64,000 nt of DNA from Callorhinchus milii. Its lineage: Eukaryota. The DNA is taken from positions 36,830,001-36,894,000 of the forward strand of contig NW_024704743.1 of NCBI RefSeq assembly GCF_018977255.1. Direction: 5' to 3'. The position numbers and the translations under genes are program-made. The stretch's first letter is position 1. Every line of letters begins with the position of its first letter. Below are positions 55,136 to 64,000 of the stretch, one piece after another. The notes below the pieces were generated by a model. The model saw only the letters and a program-made list of their open reading frames with translations, had not been told where the DNA came from and did no database searches.

Positions 55136-58100
55136 CACATTTCTGTAAGTGTTCTTCAGTGTTCGGTACGTATACAAATGTTGTAGTTTTAGAACCATCT
55201 CATTATCTCACTGACAGTATCCCAAATCTCATGTCTTTTGGGGATCTTGGTGGCACCAATGGTTACCATGTTTGCCTGAGAAAACAATCACTTCACTTCA
55301 CAATAATTACTGTGCCTTCACAATAATTTCAGATGTTTTGACACAATAAGAATCCACTTTCCTCTTTCTTCACGTTCCACTTTCCTCCAACTTGGCAGGT
55401 CTGTAATAAAGAGGCAACTTCCCTTTTGTTGAACTATAGTTGAGCTTAAATACCCTTTTTACATGAATTGTCTCAAACACAATTAATAGTTCTGTACCAC
55501 AATCCTTGTAAATCACAGGGAAGTTCACATCAAGCGCATCCAAACTGAATCAATACGATCTCTCACTTCTAATAGGAAAGATGTTCATAAATAAAGCTCT
55601 CTGTCAGCATGGTCAATGCTGGCAGTGAGCTTTACAAAAAGAAGCTGTCAGTCACTGGCGTTTTATCAGGTGTCCTGCTTTGCTGACCCAGGACATCTCT
55701 GAAGTGAAAAGATGGAAATTCTCAGCAGAGAAAGAATAGCATAAACCTGTTTTAAGCCCTTTATTGTGAACCATCTGCATATTCATAACAAATGCCAATT
55801 TTGCCACTGTGGTGTTAAAGAAGCATCTTGCTTCGATTTAGAAGATGGTTAATATTAAATTGCAGTAATATTTTGGCTGCCAACTGTTTTTACTAGCTCG
55901 CAAACACATAGTGGAATACAAATTGCAATTTTACAAAACACCTGTCCTGAAGTTTATGAAATGGTGTTTATGGAAAGCTCCAGTGAGAGGACTGTTAGAG
56001 AGGACATTTGTTCCCTCATTAATGAGGAAACCACAAATAATGCATGTTTGTCAGTGCTCTGTTGGAAGAGTTTTTTTTAATACATTCTCCCTCATCTCTT
56101 GACTCTCACTGATGGGAGGGTGGGGGTAGGAGGCCTCACTTGAGACCAAATCCCTGTCTCCACTCACACATGACACTTTGTAGATGAGGCTGTCAGGTAA
56201 GATCAGGAGTCAATGGTTAGTTAACAGGACATCTGCCACGCTGAAGACAGATGTCCGTCAGGTAGCTGATGAGGACTACTCTGAGGCTCGGGTTGACAGC
56301 TGCTGGAAAGCGTTACCTGGAGTCCAGGTCTCTGAACGCGTTCATATATCCTGGGCTTGAATTCATCTTGATTGGTGTGCAGAGAAGTCGGCAGGTGCTG
56401 CTCAAGTACTGCACCTCTAACTGGTGGAACTGTCGCTCAATGGGAAGTGATGTGTGTCCAGACTGGGGGCAGCAAGATGATGGGAGTGCTCTCATGCATT
56501 TCATGCTGAGCTGTGCTGCTCATGCTGAGCTGTGCTCAGCAACTAAACCCTCTGTGGCTTTCTCGGTAGTCCAGTTCCTGAGTCAGGTGGGCCTTCAGTG
56601 CACTTGGGCACCGCTGATGACAGGCCAGCCAGTCTAGCTCATTGACAGAACTTGAAGGAGTAGACTAGTTCTGGAGACAGGGATTCTTCCAACTCAGCTC
56701 CTGTTAACCCTGCAAGCCCAAGCCCTAATGGGTAGGGTGGTCCTAGCTGGACAAGCAGCGGGAAAACTTGCCAGACAGTGCTCTCAATAGCAAACTATGC
56801 GGATTTAGCTAAACCCCAATGCACACTCTGAAGTCCCTCAAGCCTCTTGCCAACCTATGCTTGTCCTTTAGATGAGATGTTAACACAAGGTCCCAACTGC
56901 CTGATCAGGTGGATGTTAACAGTTGGGTCGTGATCCCCAACTGTTCAGTGCCTTGGGACGTCCTCCCGACGTGAAAGGCGCTTTACAAATGTAATTTTGT
57001 TGTTGTTGTTAATTATATTATAATTGATTATTATTATTATCATTGTTTTTATGATTAGAAACTGTGAGGTCAAGCCCCAACTAGGCAAGGGTGCTACCAA
57101 CTAAATCAAGATGACTCTCTGATGCAGAATAGTTGGATGTTCACATTGCAAAATGATGCTGACCCCAGCGTGAACATGTGTGATGCTCACATTGAATGAC
57201 AAAAGCTGAAAAATTCCACTCCCCATACATTTTACGCACTAATAGTCATCAATTTATGTTGTTAATGATGTTACTCAGATAAACAAATATTTTATGGGCA
57301 AATATTGAAATTCCACACATTTGTAGCTCTCTCTCAATTACTTTGTTGGTACTTTCACTAAGCACATACAAACCAGTGATTGCAGGTTTGATCCAGTGTG
57401 AGCTGTATTAAATGACTTCCAATGGTACAGAGATAAGGATGATACAATTTTGTTTGTGCATTGGGGTAGGGAGGAGAAATGTTAGCTATGCTTCCTACTG
57501 CTGACAGTTATCCAGAGACCCTGCTGGAATGAATGTGTGTGTGTATGTCTGAAATCGTGGACCTCAGGTGATGGCCATATTGGGCTTAATTGTGATGCCC
57601 CCACAGTTCCCTGTCTTGATTCACCCATGAAAAATGAACACATAATAATATAATAATCCTTGCATTTGATATAATGCCTTATCACATCTTGAGACGTCTA
57701 AATTCGTTTCTCAGAAAATACTGTAAAGTGAATTGATTGTGCATTTTGTGGGTGAAACTCGGCGGCCAATTGTGCTCAGCAGTGTCCCACAAGCAATCAT
57801 GCATGGATTGAGTGATTTTAAGGGATGATTATCTTCATAAAAACAATCCGCCAATCAACTAACAATGTGGTTCTAGTTACTGCTAGGTAAAGAGTGTCGT
57901 TTGGAGTAACGAAACTTGCCTAAGGTTTTGCCCCGCCAGGGAACACATGGGTGAATTACCAGAGGCAGCAAATAGAAATTAACAACAGAGAGAAGACAAT
58001 ACCTTGAGGAGGGGAGGAGGGAAGAAAGGGGATATTAAAAAAATGCAAAAAAAATGCGAAAAACAAATCCCATCTTTTGTGATAAAGGAAGTGAAGAGCT

Positions 58101-59234
58101 GCTCAGCCAAAACAATTGCGGCCTTTTTTTTGGCCTCAGCACATGGGCTGCTCAGCAAATCTATTAAATCGTGTTATCATAACAGAGTGGAGTCCGCCTG
58201 CCTGGAGATAGCAAAGCCACTGTTTGGAAGGGTTTTGTGCAGGCTGCGTGCAAGCCTGGTGTTAGGACAAAAGCATGGCAGGGAGAGCCGAGCAGGGTGT
58301 AATCAGCCGCATCTCTGGTCAAGGGAGGAGAATGAAATCTTTTCATCTCAGCTCAAACGTCAACAGATTACAAAGTTACCTGAGATATAAAAAAACAAAA
58401 TAAAGGTAGACTGTACACAGAGTTTTTTTAAAAAAGAGGGAAAATAGCACACACGTGAAAAAACGCACAGTGTGGAGCAAAACATTCATTTAAGCTTGTG
58501 CTGGTCAGTGTCACAGCTCTGCCAAAAACTATGAGCTGGAGAACAAACAAAGTAACTTCTTAACAGCCCTTCTGCGTCATACTTTGTACACAGTGGAGAC
58601 AGACAGGTATGAACCCAGGACTGTCATACAGGTGCAGACATGTTTGTCTGCCTTTCCTTCTTTAGTCGAAAAACAGTGAGAGTCAAAAGAGATTTGCTCA
58701 ACATTCATTCTGTCCTCTGGTCAATTTGATATGTTTATTCACTTTACAGTCTATTATGTGAAACGCTCGAGGATGTCTCAATGACATGATCGGGCATTAT
58801 ATCAAAGGCAAGGATTATTATTTATTATTATTTAACAGCACTTCTTTCTAAGTTGTTTTTAAATTGCTCTGCTTTTATCTGAGCTGACTTTTTCCCTCCC
58901 CACAGTCCCTATAGATACTCCAGAAAGTCCTGCAGGGGGTTGATGGAGGGACATAGGGTTGCACCAAGGCATCATCATGTTTCAGATTATTTATAGAATG
59001 CTGTACTTCTGGGATGTGGTCCACCTAGTGGTCTGACTGCGGCAATTGCACAGCCCAGCTGGATGAACTGCAGCAGCTTAAATACAGCTCTTAACAACTT
59101 CCATTTATGTAACATCTTTCAAGTAGGATAACCCCCTGAAGCACTTTACAGAAACAAATTAAAGCTGCGTTATACATTAAAATCAACCGTGCATTTACAC
59201 CTCCAGTGCTCCTAAGGTTATTTCCTCGACTCTG

Positions 59235-59555
59235 ATAGCTCATGGCTAAAGGCACTGCCAATGTTGCATTGGGCCATTCAGAACCCCAGCCTGCGCTGAG
59301 TTGGCTGATCCCAGCAGGGCAGCACGCATGTTACAATGGCATCTGCATCCCTGGGTTAAGGAGGGGAAAAATCCACGTTCCCGCTCCTGATCACTCTACA
59401 GTAGCCCATGTTGGAAAGTCTACATTTGTGAATGTTAGGTCGCAAAAGGCTCACCAGTGATGTTCACAAAAGTCTCCCTCCATCCACTCACAGCTGAAAT
59501 GACTGCCACACTCACTAAATGACTGACACAATAGCAATAGCCATTGGCCAAGGTA
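59235..59555 (+). mobile_element. LF-SINE-like relic
   Basis: GCTGAGTTGGCTGATCCCAGC...CCCTGGGTTAAGGAGGGGAAAAATC...CTCCTGATC...TGGAAAGT. Related relics at about 20740-20860(-), 32490-32620(+), 48760-49010(+), 50380-50480(+), 57375-57610(+) and 63190-63305(+). Confidence 0.6.
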
Positions 59556-59599
59556 AACTGTTGAACTATTCTCCAGGAGGCAGAGAAAGGAATCACAAT

Positions 59600-59850
59600 G
59601 TCTTCAGGGATGAGCAGCAGGCAGGGATGCAATGTTTTACATATTAGGAAGACAGAAGGACATCTCAAAGTTCTTCTTATTTTGTGTAGACGAATGGAAT
59701 TATTGATTTGTATCAGTATCTGGGGGTTAAAAAGAACACCAACTTTTGCTTGGACACTGACCGTTGGGACCACACTGAAAAGAGGCAAAGATATTGGATG
59801 GCATTTTGAGGAATAGACTTACCGAATCTGTTCCAGGCATTTCCCATCCA
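59600..59850 (+). mobile_element. Old LINE reverse-transcriptase C-terminal fragment
   Basis: CNVLHI and YQYLGV motifs in different frames. Confidence 0.5.
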
Positions 59851-62800
59851 GCTCAGATCCAAGAAGGCCCGACTTACTACCCCACCATCCCCAGGGGATC
59901 ATCACTGGCCCTGCTCAAGACACATGACTCTATAGTGGACCTTGAAAATATCAATTGGAAAATCCAAGGGGTATCAATCCCAAGTGCTGATTTGAATCAG
60001 TAACTGAGAGTTGTTGTTGACACTGTTTGCTTGGACACTCTTCCTTTCGTGACCTTACTGAAACAGGATAAAAATAATCCTTGCATTTGATATAGCACCT
60101 TAACACATTTTCAATTGAACACAATACTTGGAATATGCTAATGTTTTACACTTGGTTCTTTTTCACCGCCTAAACTGCATTAAAGTAACCACGTTTCTAT
60201 GGGTCTACGCTTCTAATTATAAGCGGATGTCATTTGGTTGTAAGGACAAGGTATTTATTATCCAACTACTATTCCTTCCCAGTAATATTATGATGAAAAG
60301 TGCAGCATGTGATGTGATAATATCCACATTAATATTAACAATCCTCCAAATAAATTGTTGTTCACTTCATGGTTGTCTGTGGACCTTGCTGTGTGCAAAT
60401 TGGCTGTCACGTTTGCCTACAAATGAACAGTCACTACGCTTGACACCAATTATCTGTGAAGCACTTTGCAACATTGTGACATTACATGTCCTATATCAAA
60501 TATAAGGATTATTATTATCACATCATGTTTTTCATTTCATTGTTAAATAGAACTTTAGTGTGTCACTTTCTGGGATGGTCCTCACCAGCCTCCAAGCCAT
60601 CAGGACCATTATCATTCATTGATTACACCCTAGGCTATCCCGTAATATACGTGACTAGCAATTTATCAATCGTAATTCTTACCGGTGTCACCACAGTCTG
60701 TTATTCACAGATGTCAGTTTTTTTTTGTGATTTATCACATCCAAAAACATTCCAATGTCACTAAGTGCTTCCTGGGTAATTATTGTTAAATGCAGTAACT
60801 ATATTACTAACCAAAGCCAGGAAGGTCTGTCAAACAGCCTCAACTAATTAATCTAACGAATTATTGTTCGGTACACCAGCAGAACTCCCTTCTCTTTTTG
60901 AATAGTGAACTTTAATATCTCATTTTTGGCTTAACATCTCATTTTAAGGACAGCATCTGCAACATTGAAACACTACACTAGAGTGTCAGCCTTGACTACG
61001 AGACTATGGGGCTTGAACCCACAATTCTCTAAGCCAGCGACAGGAGTCCTACCAATTAAACCAAGTCGACGGCTTAGTTTAAAGCTTGCAAAGTGAAAGT
61101 GATATGAAAGTTTGATTAACATAAATGTAGGGCAAGTCTGTGCAGCTAGTTCACTTATTCAAGAGGCTGAGTCATTTGGCGTGGAATGTGAAAACGCTGC
61201 TTATTCAACACGTTATGAGCCTCTTATTAGCTGTGAATCTCCGTATTCTTTTCAATCTGATATCTATTTTTGCACTAGTTCTCCACTGAACAGGATGACC
61301 TGTGCAATTTATTATGCTATTCTATAGTCCCACGGGAGCCAGCGGACCCCAATACCTCACTTAAGTGCCCATTCTTCAAGAGTGAATCAGATCACAGGGA
61401 TCACCAGAGAGTGAGCATCACCGACTTATTAATAATAATAAATTGGTCACTCAATCCACGACTGTTTGTGGGACACTGCTGTACGCAATTGGCTGCCGCA
61501 TTTCGGCCACAAAAAATACAGTCTTTACAGTGTATTCTGTGAAGCGCTTTGAGACGTCTTGAAGACATGATAAGGCGCTATATCAAATGCAAGGATAATT
61601 ATTATTATTATCAACAGGAATTCTGCCTGATTTTTGTTTCCTCCCCAGCTGAGACACAGAAAACCAATATGTGGTGGCCAACCTTTATGGTCGGCCCACA
61701 AAATAAATTTTCTTGATTGGATATTTCGTGATTTCTGCCATAAATCAAGAAATAATCTATCAAAAAAAAACTGAAGACACAATACCGATCAAACACGGAT
61801 TTAACTAGGCTTGTGCGAAGTTCATGTGTGTGGGGCGCTTCTTTATAGCCCCACGGTCACTTCCAGGCCGGCGGGCCATAAGTTAGCTCCCACTAGGGTA
61901 AGGGATAAACCTGGGGGTCTTCTTGATCTGAATGAATAATTGTGCAGTTCTCTGCAATCATGGCATTATTGTCTTGGCTTCAAGGCCCTCACGGCCTAGC
62001 TCCTTCCTACCTCTGTGATCTGCTAACGTCATATCAACCTGTCCGCTCCGTTCACCCAGCAAGCTCCGTCTTACCCGGCCCACCTCATCATCGACAGTCA
62101 GGCCTTCATCCTCTCTGCCCCCACCCTTTGGAACTCCATCCCGCAGTACCTTTCACTTGCTCCCTCCCTTGCTTTCTTCAAGGCACATCTCAAGACCCTG
62201 CTCTTCGACTGCACCTTCGGTCACCCTCCTACAGTGTGATGAAAATCACACTATAATAATAACAATCCTTGCATTTAATAAAGCACCTTATCACGTCTTT
62301 GAGACATCTCAAAGCGCTTCACAGGATATACTGCAAAGTGAATTGATTGTAGAGTTTGTGGGCAAAATATACAGCAGACACGCCTCCTGGTGCACAGTGC
62401 AACACAAATCTGTACTGCTTCCTCTTGCTGATTCAATGAATGGCATCAATGAAAAGCAGAAAGCGGCTGAGAAGTAAAGAATGGGTTTACCAGCTGTATC
62501 ACTTACATCAATATTCCCCAGCATATTGCCAACAGGGACCTTTCCGACTGAGAAATAGAACACAGTGAAGATTTTCCCCCCATGCACTAAGGTTGTCTTT
62601 TGACCCTCAATGTCACCCTCATTAAACTTCAGAGCATTTCATTAAAGAAAGTTTTCTGTGCAATATGAGAATTAAATGTCATGATTTTCCAATGTGGCAT
62701 TGGACAGCTCTGAATTTTTACCTGCACCACTGCTTGGATGTGCAACCCCGTGATTAGAATGGAGGAACGGTCACTAATTACCCAGGCAGTTAGTTTCCTT

Positions 62801-63819
62801 ACACAGTACTTTCTACACTTCAGGTGTCTGCGGCATCACTCAGCACTCTGTAGCGTTCTCCAGGGCAGGGCAGTTGGCCAACACTGTGCAACTTATTGTC
62901 ATTGTAAAAAAGAACATGCATTTTACAGCACCCATAATGTAAAAATGTCTCAAAGAGCTTCACAGCAATTATTGTCTCGTGAAATGACTGGGTGGGTTTG
63001 CAGGCAAACTTGACAGCCAGTTTGTGCACAGGAAATGACTCAGAGTTCCTCATTTCTGATTCCTTTGTGTTACTTGGGTAGTTTTAAGTATTTTCCTTTG
63101 CACTGCCAAAAAAGCAACTGCAACTAAATAAAGTTTGAAATCATTACGCTTGTGATGTGAATTTAATAATTAGTGAACAAATATGAGTAGCTCCTCAATG
63201 GCTCAATTACACCAGTTATTGTCAGATAGAGGCTTGCTGCAAGGTTCGGATCTCAACCTGTGCTGAGATTAGCTAATCTTAGTCAAAGGCACCACAACTG
63301 GCTTTGTTAAAATACAGTAATATCTATATTTGGTTTTAAAACGCTTTAGAAACCTTTTTCTATAAAATGTAGTGATTGTGTATTTGCACACAGCAATGTC
63401 CCACAATCAACCATGACCAACGACCAATTTTATCTGGAGGATTGTTAGCCAAAATACTGGGAGAAACTCACTTCTCTTTTCAAGTGGGATCTTTAAAGTC
63501 CACCTGAACAGGAACTCATGCAAAAGACAGCACCTATAACAATGCAGTGCAGTCCCAGCACTGCATTTGAGTGCCAGCCTAGACTGTGAGTTCAAAGTCC
63601 CAAGTTAGGGCACGAACCCACGACCTACTGATGCAGGTTGAGAGTGGCAGCAAATGAGCCAGGCTGACACATGAACTGGGAAAGAGAAGGGTGAGCAATG
63701 ATTTTCGGTCCTCACAACTGAACAGTCCACTAACACTTGATATTTTAGTTGCACAAGAAACTGGAGGGAGGCACCAGATGACTGTTGGTTGTGGTACAGC
63801 AATGCCTCAGAATACGTGA

Positions 63820-63956
63820 AACAAAAGGCAAAGTACTGCAGATGCTGGAAATCCAATATAAACACAAGTCACTGGGAACACGCAGCAGGTCAGGCAGCAT
63901 CCATGGAGAGAGGAAAATTAGTTAACGTTTCAAGTCAATGACCTTTCCACAGAATA
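63820..63956 (-). mobile_element. Chondrichthyan Penelope-like terminal repeat with a decayed minimal hammerhead motif
   Basis: Minus strand reads CTGTGGA-AAGGTC-ATT-GACTT-GAAA-CGTT-AACT...CTCTCTCCATGGATGCTGCCTGACCTGCTG, a repeat I recall as abundant in shark genomes. Confidence 0.55.
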
Positions 63957-64000
63957 TGTGCATGCCTCCAGGAAGGGAGGGAAGAAAACTCCAATAAGAC

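Noticed and set aside
56255..56325. CTGATGA...GAAA hammerhead-like spacing with CAGGTA/TACCTG flanks
   Set aside because: Stem II does not close and there is no properly placed NUH or stem III.

Overview
Vertebrate genomic DNA, most likely a cartilaginous fish, possibly a chimaera (inferred from the repeat families only). The window holds one complete gene, ctnnb1 (beta-catenin), on the minus strand. A CpG-island promoter and non-coding exon 1 lie at about 36.4-36.7 kb. Fourteen coding exons (19479 down to 8494) sum to 2346 nt, i.e. 781 aa plus stop, all with GT-AG introns and, as I recall, the same exon lengths as human CTNNB1. A 3'-UTR intron has two candidate acceptors, and an ATTAAA signal lies at about 7.5 kb. 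The promoter is flanked by two minisatellites. The rest is intron and intergenic DNA rich in tRNA-Ala-like SINEs, Deu-domain SINEs, LF-SINE-like relics, and L2 and CR1 LINE fragments, plus one Penelope-type repeat with a decayed hammerhead motif. I found no convincing new protein-coding system. The most interesting observations are RNA-level: a perfect 31-bp fold-back hairpin inside a SINE, the conserved alternatively spliced 3'-UTR block, a G-rich VNTR carrying repeated 5' splice-site motifs just inside intron 1, a candidate upstream first exon, and the hammerhead relic. Comparisons with human sequence and repeat consensus sequences are from memory and need alignment.
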